A stretch of 64,000 bases of DNA. It comes from Azolla caroliniana. Its lineage: Eukaryota > Plantae > Polypodiophyta. The stretch is from positions 22,630,001 to 22,694,000 of the forward strand of contig JBHGNT010000004.1 of NCBI GenBank assembly GCA_043228905.1, in the 5' to 3' direction. The notes beneath the pieces are model-generated. The model did not search any database. It was given only the letters and a program-made list of their open reading frames with translations, and had not been told where the DNA came from. The translations under genes and the position numbers were made by a program. The first letter of the stretch is position 1. Each line of letters opens with the position of its first letter. Shown piece by piece: positions 36,960 to 47,982 of this stretch.

Positions 36960-39900
36960 CGATGGTCGCGACACAACCTGACATTGCTCATGTCGTAGGA
37001 GTCATCAATAAATTCATGCACAACCCAGGTTGATCACATTGGAATGCAGTTAAGCATGTATTCAGATACCTGGTGGGCACATAAGACCTTGGCATCCTCT
37101 TTGGCCGGAACAAAAACTCAGGCGTAGTCGATTACACCGACACAAATTTTGTTGGCTGTGTGGATATCCGAAAATCAACAACTGGATACTGCTTCAAATT
37201 AGGCTGTAAAAAATCAAGAGATGGATTCTTGTGAAGCGGAAATAGGTGTGAACTGTGTGTGTATGAGAGAGAGAGAGAGAATGAGAGAGAAAGGAGTAAT
37301 ACACAAAGAATATGCAAGATAAAGTTCTATTAGCAAAGGAGAAAGACTCAACATTATACAAGGTGGGAGGAGGGTGCTTTATGTAGTCACCCTCTCTCTT
37401 CATTAACTACAAGGCTCATGGAGCATGGGGAATGTGAAAGCTCATGAGTTATGTGTCATAGAATATGATTCTATGACTCATACTAAATGCTAGAATACAA
37501 AGTGGTGACATAATCGTGACTCTTGACCATTGAGGTGTCTCTTCACTCTCAAGGTGAGTTCACACACTAGACCAAGTTGGGCTTGATTCTCAACACGCCC
37601 CCTCAAGCTCAAGTCGGGTCGGTTTCAGACGGTATCCGAAATCTGCTTCAACTCGCGTTCTGGAGTCCGCGTCAACTCGTGTCGACTCGCATGTATGCGG
37701 AGTTGCAGAATCCGTGCTCCAGGTTGCGTTGTGCGTAGTTGTGAAGTCTGTGCTTCGGCTTGCGTCTTTCTTCGCGACTTTGTTGCGTGGTTGCGGAATC
37801 TACGCGTTATTGCGTAGTGTCTTCAGTACTCCCCCTCAAGCTTGGCAGGTCAGGGATCGTCAATCCGAGATCGGTCATGAATTGCCATAGCTTGTCGGCT
37901 CCTAAGGCTTTAGTGAAGATGTCAGCCGTTTGAAGATTGATGCTAATGTGTTGTAGGTCGACATCGCCAGCTAGAACGCGCTCTCAGATGAAGTGATAGT
38001 GCACTTCGATGTGCTTTGTCCGCGCGTGGAACACCGGGTTCCGAGCTAGATAAATACTGCTCATGTTGTCGCAGTAAAGGGGAGTCGGATCCTTGATGGG
38101 AACGCCCAAATCCTTCAAAATCCTCTTAAGCCATACGGCTTCACATGCAGCTACGGCTGCGCCCTGATATTCTGCCTCCGTACTCAAAAGAGCGACGGTA
38201 GGCTGCTTCTTGCTACTCCAGGATATTACTCCGCTGCCGAGGGAGAAAACAAATCCGGAGGTTGATCTTCTATCAGCTTTGTAACCGGTCCAATCGGCGT
38301 CTGTGTACCCCTCGAGTTGTATTGGCATCGCGGTCTTGTAGAGGATGTCGTAACCCATTGTGCCGCTCACGTATCGTAGAACTCGCTTAGCGCAATCCAA
38401 GTGAGTATCACGCGGTGTTTGCATGAATTGGCTAAGGAGACCGACCGGATAACTGAGATCAGGTCGTGTGATTGTGAGGTAGATGTTGAGTCGGCTCACA
38501 CGCTTTGGTGCCGGAGTTCGCATCTAGTTTGAGATTACGATCGAGCGGGGCTGCCACGGATTAGCACTCAGCCATCCCGAACTTGTATAACAAGTTGAGG
38601 ATGTAGTGCCGTTGAGAGATCATGATTCCGGCTGGAGTCTGAATTACCTCGATGCCGAGGAAGTAGTGGAGCTCCTTCATGTCCGTCATCTCCAACTTGT
38701 CGGAAAGGAGGGATTTGACCTTAGTGATTTCGACGAGATGCTCACCTCCAATGACTAGGTCATCCACATATAAGATGATGATGATCAGACTTGCGGAATC
38801 GCTTCGTATGTAGAGGGAGTTGTCCGATTTTGACATACGGAAGCCGATTTGATGAAGATATTGCGTTATCTTCAAATGCCAAGCACGTGGTGCTTACTTG
38901 AGGCCGTAGAGTGGCTTCTTGAGTTGGCATACGGCTTTTGGATGAGTGCTCGAGTTGAAGCCGGGTGGTTGGATCATGTACACCTCCTCTTCTAATTCGC
39001 CTTGTAGAAAGGCGTTCTTGACGTCCATTTGATGGAGGTGCCACCGTTTCGCTGCGGCAATCGCAATTACGGTCCGCACCATTGTCATCTTTGCCCCTGG
39101 GGCAAAGGTCTCTTCGTAGTCGACGCCATGCGTTTGAGCGTATCCTTTCGCTACGAGTCGAGCTTTGTAGCGGTTTACGGAGCCATCGGCGTTATACTTC
39201 ACCTTGTAGATCCATCTGCATCCTATCGCCTTTATGTGTGGTGAGGTGGGAACGAGATCCCACGTCTCATTCTTCCGTAGTGCCTGCATCTCTTCGTTCA
39301 TTGCTTCGATCCATCGCGGGTCCTTCGTGGCTTCGGAAAAGGTTTCCGGCTCCCGTACTGTCGCTACCTTCATCATAAAGGGGTAATGATACGCCATATA
39401 ATCGTTGTAGCCGAATCGACTTACGGGGTTCTTCTCACGACTGGATCGGTGGAGCTTTTCATTTGCAGAGATGAGGGCTTTCTTTGCTCCGATTGGTACC
39501 TCAAAGCCGCCGAATTCACTGTCGAGTGAGTGAGTCGATTCATCGTCGTCGAAGCGATCGTCCTCATATTCCGCCATTTTCGCCTTGCCTTTGTCCATCT
39601 TCGGGCTAGGCCGTGATGTGCTTTGATCGCTCAAAGGCTCTTGTGGTCCGCTCAGTCGGGTCGTGGTCGGACTTTCTTCAATCATGCGCGTAGGGCAATC
39701 TTCATCTCCGATCTCTTGGTCGGCAGATTCCGGGTCGAGCGGAGTCGGAGTTGGAGTTGTCTCTAGTGCGTACCAGGATGCGGACTCGTCAAAGACAACG
39801 TCTCGACTTACCCGTGATTTTCGAGTTGAGGGGTTGTAGCACTTGTACCCCTTTTGTTCTAGTGAGTATCCTACGAGGATACATTTCTCCGACTTCGGGT

Positions 39901-41413
39901 CAAGTTTTTGACGCTTCTCGTCGGGGATGTGCACGTACGCTATCGCGCCGAATATCCGGATATGTGATAAGTTTGGCTTCTTTCCGAAGAATCTTTCGTG
40001 CGGCGTGACCTCGTGCACGCCGGATGTTGTGCACCGGTTCATTAGGTAGACGACTGTATTTGCTGCTTCGGCCCAATATGACTTGGGCATATGCTTCTCG
40101 TTCATCATGGCCCGTGCTACTTCGAGGATGTGCCGATTTTTGCGCTCGGCTACTCCGTTTTTGCAAAGGTTCCTCATTGGCCTCCGTTTTACGGCCGAAA
40201 TTGGGAGTTGTTGTCGTAGGTCGGACCTTGTCCGCCTTGTCCTTGGCCGAATCGGCCTCTCGCTCGTCCGCGTCCTCTTCCTCCATTAGAGTGCATGTAG
40301 AGCATGTGGCCTTCTGACTCATTGCTCCTTGTACGCACGTGGTTTTCTTCGACCAATAGCATTGATTGGAGCTCGAAGAAGGAGGGAGATTTCTCCCGTG
40401 CTAGAACGGCGGTTCGCATCGCTCCGAACCGTGGTGCGAGGCCTCCGAGGCATATTTCCACCATTTCATCATCATCTATACTTACGCTTATTGAGCCGAG
40501 CGAGTCGCAAAGCTCCTTGATCTTCAAGGTGTATGTCGTGATGGACATGTCCCTTTGTTGAATGTTGTTCAACTCTTGGCGGAGTTGAAGCTCCTCGCGG
40601 TCATGTTGGCGGCGAAAATCTTTCGTAGATTTTCCCACGCTTCCTTCGGCGTCTTGGCTTCTTGAATGTAACCGAGCATGTGGTTGTGAACACATGTTGC
40701 CAAACAATACATCATGCGGCTTGCGGCTTGCTCCCATGTTGTGTATCCGGGAGCTGCTTCGGCGGGTTGGTCTTCATGCGCTCCTTTGATGTAGCTCCAA
40801 TAGCCTTGTCCGACAAGGTATTGGTGCATCTTGTACTCCCAAGATGCGAAGTTGTTTCGATCCAACTTTTCGGTAGGGAGAGCGCTCCCCATTTGAGTAT
40901 TCATTATATCGATTCTTCTTCTTTGTTAACTCTTAGGGCCGGACAATGGCCTAACACAGGGTGTCTACGGAAGACACTTCACCAAAGGGGTGTTACAGCA
41001 AGAGGATTAGGCTCAATGATTAATCCGACTTAATTAGGTTACTTAGCAAGATCGTCCTTAATAATCACATGCGTAAGATATAACAATGAATGCAGAACGA
41101 CAATTAACACAGAGAGATAAAAACACTAAGCTTCATTAATTATCCGCTGCTCATTACATTGTATCCGGGCCTTTAAATAGGTTTCTGGTTTGTAGTACAA
41201 AACGGTGCCATCCGCACCTGTTTGGAATCGGTCCGGATCCGGAACGGCATACCGATTCCGGTCCGTCCGTCCACACTAATAGCTTACTTACAACCATTCC
41301 TTAATAATTAAATAACTCCTTCTTTTCACACTCTGGACTCCTTTGCCGGCCAGTAACACATGGCACGCCCGTGGGACAGTACCTTGTACGTCGAATCCAC
41401 CATCCGACCCTTG

Positions 41414-44185
41414 CTATTCTTCGTCCAAAATATCTAGAATGCTTTGTTCGAGAGTCTCCAATGGTTCATCTGGATTTGGTTATTGTTGTTGCTGTTGCTG
41501 CTCCGTTGATGGCTGTTGCGACTGGTCCGTTGGTGGCTGCTGCGACTGCTCCTCCGTTTGTTGCTCTAACACCGGCGTTTCTGTCGTTGCTCCCTCCGTC
41601 GTAGTGGTCTCCGGTTGACTGGTTCCGGCCTGGCCCTCGTCCGGCGACGGTTCCTCATCACTAAGGTTAACCGTTGCCGCTTCCCGCGCTTTTTCTTCCC
41701 GGACCCGGGACCGCTCGTAGCTCTCAAACTAGATTTGAGCATCCAACCTATCATCGTCTAGTTGAGCTATGAGTTTCCGGACCTGCACTAGCTATTCATC
41801 CGCCAGGACTTGGAAGTCTTCGGCCAGCTCGTCCTGTATGGCGGTGAAGTCCTTGGAAGTCAACGTGTAACAATCATCTCCTTCCTTCCGCCGGTTTTCC
41901 ACGTCTGCCCGTAGCAATTGGAGTTCCGCCGTATTTTGTGCCCACTTTGTCCACCATCTTACGGAGCTTTCGTCAATCAAGCGTTTTGTCTGATTCAGCC
42001 ATGCCCGGAGGATGCACTGAATCCGGCTCGTTCCCATCTGCGATTTGATCTCCGCAGCTTGTCGTTCCTCCTTCAATTGCTTGATGATTTTGACGTTGTC
42101 TTCCGCCTGCTCCTTGTAACGCGTCGATTGCCCTTGATATGTGCTTTGTAATTTTTGCAATACCGTTGACACTCTCTCCCTTTCTTCCTACTGTTGCCTT
42201 TGGAGCTCCATCTGGACCTTCTCCGCCTCATCCAACCGGCTTGTATTTTCCGCTCGTTCGTCGGCGAGCGCCGTCGCAGCCTGATCAACTTCCTACCGGA
42301 GCTCGGCCATCCGTTCCTTATGCTCCATTTCCAGCCGTTTGTAGTCCCGGTGCAGGTGCTCAAAATCATTTGTCGTTTGCTTGAGCCGTACGTTGATCTG
42401 TCGACGGGCCCGGTCCTCGCGGTCCTTCTGCTGGCGGAGCTCCTCCTTTAGCTGTTCAATTTCCGTTTCCGCCGTCTTCCGCAACTTGTCCTTTTCCTGC
42501 AGCACTTTGTCTTTTTCCTCCCTTAGCCGGTCGTAAGCTTGATGGCCTTTCCGGAGGCTCTCCTCTGCCCGACGGAGGTTCTCAGCAGTCTTCTTTAATT
42601 CTGCTTCGGCCGTTGTCTTCAATTCTCGTTCACGGCTCCTTAGCGCTTCTTGTGCGGCAAGTTCATCTCTCAATTCCACAAGCTCCTGGGCTTGCGCCGC
42701 ATCTCTCTCTGGAACGGTTTCCGTTGCTGGGGTCTTATTAGTATGTACAGGTTGGTCTGTTTCTTTATTCTGTACACTTACCGGAGTCACCGGTGCTTGG
42801 ATCTGTGTTGTCGTTAGGGCCATTTTGGCCATTTTTGCCGTGACCTGATCCAAGTCTTTTTCAAGTCACCGGATTCTGGACTGGGTCGTCTCTAGTTGTT
42901 CGGTTGTGAAGAGCAACCGTTCGCTTTGCGCTCTTTCTTCCACCTCAATATACCCCACTGCTCCGACAATCTGTTCGCCTATCCATTGGAGCCATAGGCT
43001 ACCGGTGCATTGTTGTTGTGCTTGCACGGAGGTTTGACGGATGGGCTCGCTTGTGGGTGGGTGGTCCCGCCTGATTGCGCCGAGTTGCAATTCCGTTTCT
43101 GCCCGTGGACCACCTTGTTGTCCTGGTTCCCCTTGCGCTTCTTCTTGGTTGGCTGAGGGAGGCTGCATTGACCTTTCCGGCTCTGGCGGAATGGGACTTG
43201 TCGGTGCTGCCGGTGGTGCAAGGGCTTCTGATTCTGGTGCCATGCGCACCGGTTCCGGTTCCTCCCTTGGCGTGGGAGTCTCAGTGTGGGGAGCCGGTGT
43301 TCCCTCCATCTGAGGGTCCAAATGTTTCCCGACTGCCTCAACGGTCCTTGCCGACGACCGTCGCTGGAGGTGCTCCGTAGGCTCCTCCTCTATTTCGTCT
43401 TCCTGAGTCCCGGCATTGAGTTTCGCCGCCAAGGGGTCCGCTTCTCTATTCACCGGTCGGCGGAGTGTAATCTTTACGGGCCGTACCGGTGGTTCCTCCT
43501 GCGCACCCGTTGGCAGCTTCCGGCTGGCGCTCTCCTTTCCCGCCTGTTCTGCGTCCGCCGCCTTCCCCTTAGTGGACTTAGAGGCCTGTCTTTTGGAAGC
43601 AGTCTTTGGGGTGCCGTCCGCCACTCTTCCCCGCTTCTTGGGCTCGACGGGTGGCACAAGCAAGGTGAGCCACTGAGTTACTGCGTGCCATATCCTCCGT
43701 CCGTCTCGGCCTTCTTTGTCATCTTTTCCTCTGACGATCTCGATCACCGCACACAAACCGTCTGCGATCAATACCGGCCAATCCACCTTGATCCCTTCAT
43801 AGGTGGCGATGATCATCCCTACCCGGTTCTGCGGCATGACAGGGGGTCTAGGGTACATATGGCCGTATTCGTGGAGCACACGGGCAATCTCGCGGAACAG
43901 CATATCTCCGTCGCCCTGTGTCCGGTAGCCCTTGCTGGCTAGGGAGTACTCACCAAAATACTTGATGAGTTGCTCCGAGGTCGGATTGTCGATCGTGAAT
44001 ATGCCTCCCTCTAGAAGGCCTGTTAACGCACGGATCGCCTCCGCTGTTATGACCTCTGTGTCGATTTCTTTGATCACCTTGTCGGCTTCTTTGTGTGGCG
44101 GTGCCTCCATAATCGTCAAGAAGCCCTCGAGCCTGTGTTGCTTTAGCCATTTCTTGGCGGCTTCCGACAGCGTTTGCGGGTCCAT
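41414..44185 (-). pseudogene. Extra ORF of element F (~923 codons, one frame, six premature stops)
   Basis: ORFs 44185-42866, 42853-42293 and 42172-41792 are in the same frame and continue to TAG at 41414. N-terminal folded region with KVDWPVLI, disordered P/E-rich linker, long coiled coil. Confidence 0.8.
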
Positions 44186-44278
44186 GTCTGTGTCAAGGTC
44201 AGATTGTGGTGGCGAGGTTGGATGGTGATGAGAGTGAGAGTGAGAGAGAGAGAGAGTTCAGAAAGCGGGGGTTCTCTG

Positions 44279-45109
44279 TGACGGGAACCCAATGTTCCTT
44301 ATGCGCAACGCTCGGCCACAACCGAGATTCTTTTCATACACAGAAAAACGGGAAATACAACACGATACAAAGGAGAGGAAGATACACACACACTACACAG
44401 GAGGTTAACGTGGAAAACCCCAAACTGGAGGAAAAAACCACGGCAGCCCATAGGCTGCAAACTGTCACTATGTATGAATGTACAAAACAGTGAGTTCTCG
44501 GAGGCAACGACCTCGGACTCACGCTCTTCGCCACAGGCGGCGGTTACAACAGAGGCAACGACCTCGTTCTCTCTGTCTCTCCCTGTCTCTCTCTGTACAG
44601 TTATGCGCTCTCTCTTCTTCTTGCACCAACAAGAAAAGTAACAACAACACACAATTAAAAGTTTGCCCTAAGTCATATTTATACTAATATGACTTTTCGG
44701 CTATTTACAAATGTAGCCTCGATGGGCTCTCAGGAACATATTTACGAATATGTCTCTTCATCTGGTTCTCACCGGGTCTGTACCATCCGGCTCTCCGTAG
44801 CCGGGTACTCCTCATCCGGTTCATACCGGGCCTGCACCATCCGGCTCTCCGTAGCCGGGTACTCCTCATCCGGTTTGTACCGGGCCTGCACCATCCGGCT
44901 CTCCGTAGCCGGGTACTCCTCATCCGGTTTGTACCGGGCCTGCACCATCCGGCTCTCCGTAGCCGGGTACTCCTCATCCGGTTTGTATCGGGCCTGCACC
45001 ATCCGGCTCTCTGTAGCCCGGTACTCCTCATACCGTTTCGGCCTCGGCCGAGTTTGTTCGTCGGCACTGTTCTTCTTCCTTCCCATCCGGAGGGACCTGT
45101 CTCCCAACA
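44279..45109 (-). mobile_element. Solo LTR (family G) nested in element F
   Basis: Homologous to 6253-6888. TG...CA termini, TSD CTCTG/CTCTA. Contains a 54-bp tandem repeat of ~5 copies (44772-45035). Confidence 0.92.
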
Positions 45110-47179
45110 CTCTATGCATAGGTTCTCGTCTGGTGATCTTCCAACGCCTTGGTGCTTCTGTGCTCCTGGGTTCGCGAAAGTAGAAGGTCTCCATGCGCTG
45201 TGGTTTTTCTCTGTGCATTCTGGCGCCTTTTTCGAGCGTGTGCACGTCATGTCCTAAAATAGCATTATGTCCTATGGCGGCGCTTAAATGCCCACTACGT
45301 ACCTTTTCGCTCCTCACTCTCTCGTCCGTTCATACCTCGCTTTTGCATGATTACTTCGCTTTTTTTTCTTTTAAATGTAGTGTGAGGTTACTTGTCCGTT
45401 GGTCCTATTGGACCCTTACCGGCCTCATTACGGTTTGCCGTCGCCTCATTCTCCCCAGTTACCGGCTTGTCGTCTCCTCCATCTTGGTGGTTGTCGTTTC
45501 CCTCATAGGTTGCCGTTTCCGCACTGGATCTCGATCCGGTGTCGGTCCTTTGCTCAAATGGGTTCTTGGGCATCGGTCCTCTATATGGCTTCAATCTGAA
45601 TCCGTTGACCCATTTGCCTAGCACTTCGCTGGCAAGTGTCCCTAACTAGTAGGACCCATTATACTCACGTGTCAGCCAATACGGGCCGGTCCATCTAAAC
45701 CGTAGTTTACCCGGCATCTTGCCCATTCGGGTCTGAAATACTAACACCGGCTTGCCGATTTCGAACATTTTTTCATTTCCTTTCCTGTGTCGGTCGACAA
45801 ATGCTTTCCGTCGCCGTTGTTCCAATTCCAAGTACCAAGCTTACGGACAATAGCCTAACACAGGGTGTCTACGGAAGACACTTCACCAAAGGGGTGTTAC
45901 AGCAAGAGGATTAGGCTCAACGATTAATCCGACTTAATTAGGTTACTTAGCAAGATCGTCCTTAATAATCACACGCGTAAGATATAACAATGAATGCAGA
46001 ACGGCAATTAACACAGAGAGATAAAAACACTAAGCTTCATTAATTATCCGTTGCTCATTACATTGTATCCGGGCCTTTAAATAGGTTTCCGGTTTGTAGT
46101 ACAAAATGGTGCCATCCGCACCTGTTCGGAATCGGTCCGGATCCGGAATGGCATACCGATTCCGGTCCGTCCGTCCACACTAATAGCTTACTCACAACCA
46201 TTCCTTAATAATTAAATAACTCCTTCGTTTCACACTCTGGACTCCTTTGCCAGCCGGTAACATTCTTCTTCTTCTCTCTTCGAATGCGAGCTATGTAGCG
46301 AAGCTACGATAGCTATGAGCCGGTTCTTGGTCGTCGGCGTAGAGCACAACACACGATCACGATGAGGCGAATGGGCTAGATCGAGCTACCAAATCGCTCT
46401 GATACCATGTAAAAAATCAAGAGATGGATTCTTGTGAAGCGGAAATAGGTGTGAATTGTGTGTGTATGAGAGAGAGAGACAAGGAGTAATACACAAAGAA
46501 TACGCAAGAGAAAGTTCTATTAGCAAAGGAGAAAGACTCAACATTATACAAGGTGGGAGGAGGGTGCTTTATGTAGTCACCCTCTCTCTTCATTAACTAC
46601 AAGGCTCATGGAGCATGGGGAATGTGAAAGCTCATAAGTTATGTGTCATAGAATATGATTCTATGACTCATACTAAATGCTAGAATACAAAGTGGTGACA
46701 TAATGGTGACTCTTGACCGTTGAGGTGTCTCTTCACTCTCAAGGTGAGTTCACACACTAGACCAAGTTGGGCTTGATTCTCAACACAGGCAATGGAGCAA
46801 TTTCGTGGAAATCGAAACTTCAAGAGTGCATTACCAAATCAACAACCGAAGCCGAATACGTAGCCGTGCTCGATGCGGCGAAAGAGGGTTTATGACTCAA
46901 TCAGCTAGCGCACACGTTTCGAAAAGTCGACTCCGAATCGGCTCCAGTTGTCTACAACAATAGTCAGGGTGTTGTTGCTCTATCAAAAAATCTGGTTCAT
47001 CACTACACCTCTGTCGAATACATGTGTATAATGGACGTATTCACACTATCTCGTCTTGGCCATTTATGTAATTAGCATAAAGGGTAGTTGCCCTAAGTCG
47101 GTCACTATATATATTGACCTTGTAACCTTTTTGTAAGGTTGGCTGTTGTATTATTGCTTTGGGAAATAGAAAGTTCTTT

Positions 47180-47224
<45 letters not shown>

Positions 47225-47982
47225 AACGACCTACATTCTGTCATACGCAGGAGAAGAACAGAACTGAATGCTTCAAGATCTTCCGCATTGACGACCTCGC
47301 TTCCAACATCTGGTATCAGAGCCTGCACAGTAGTCGGTCCCTCAATCCGCTGTCGGCCGTCGTCTCAGCATTCGGTTTCCTGCGTCATTCGAAGAAGAGA
47401 GAGGAAGAAGAAAAAAAAAAAACCAGGTTTGCATCTCATCGCGTTAGATCATCTTTGTTTGGAGTAAGCCAGCAGGCTGTACTCCGTTCCTTGTGATTGT
47501 AACCGCTCGAGGTGAAATCCCCTCGTGCAACATTGACACGATTCGTGCTCCATTCGGTTAAACGGCATCCGAAGAGGTCATCAAACGCCGCTCGCTGTAA
47601 CCACTCGGTGCAGATCGGTCTCAAGACAACAACCCCAAATTCGTGCTTCATCAGGCTGATCGACATTCGAGAGGATCAGTTAGATCCATCTCTCTCGTTG
47701 CTGCAGTCACCCGAAGCAGAATCGGTCCAGATAATCGGTTTTAATAATCGGTATTCGGCATATATATCCGAAGCGAACCGGGCTCACTCCGACTCGGCAA
47801 CATTCGGGAAGACCAGTCGGCTCTGTCCCTCAAGCTACCGAAGTCAATTCGAGCAAGTTCCGAAGCCGAACCGACTCGGGTTCAAACCCGACTAGAACAA
47901 TATCGGGTGAGCCAACCGGCTGCACTCCAACAAGGTCCGTAGTCAACTCCGAACCGAGCTTCGTTAACCAAAACCGAATTTG

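Larger units (their letters stand above)
40924..46262 (-). mobile_element. Non-chromovirus gypsy element F, gag-pol deleted, with large extra ORF
   Basis: LTRs 40924-41358 and 45844-46262 (the latter lacks its last ~16 bp), perfect TSD TTCTT. Integrase C-terminus GKLRFRWTGPY...VNGFRLKPY at 45830-45560. Confidence 0.92.
37205..46785 (-). mobile_element. Copia C with paired LTRs (5' 46408-46785, 3' 37205-37595), internally deleted, carrying nested element F
   Basis: TG...CA LTRs with ~6 substitutions plus a (GA)n indel, TSD TAGGC/CAGGC, PBS TGGTATCAGAGCG 46407-46395, PPT GAGGGGGCG. Coding remnants: gag 40904-40189, IN C-half/RT 40177-38561, RNase H to ~37830. Confidence 0.95.

Noticed and set aside
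44689-45317. Repetitive ORFs on both strands and CRISPR-like periodicity
   Set aside because: Head-to-tail 54-bp repeats with no unique spacers, inside a solo LTR in eukaryotic DNA.
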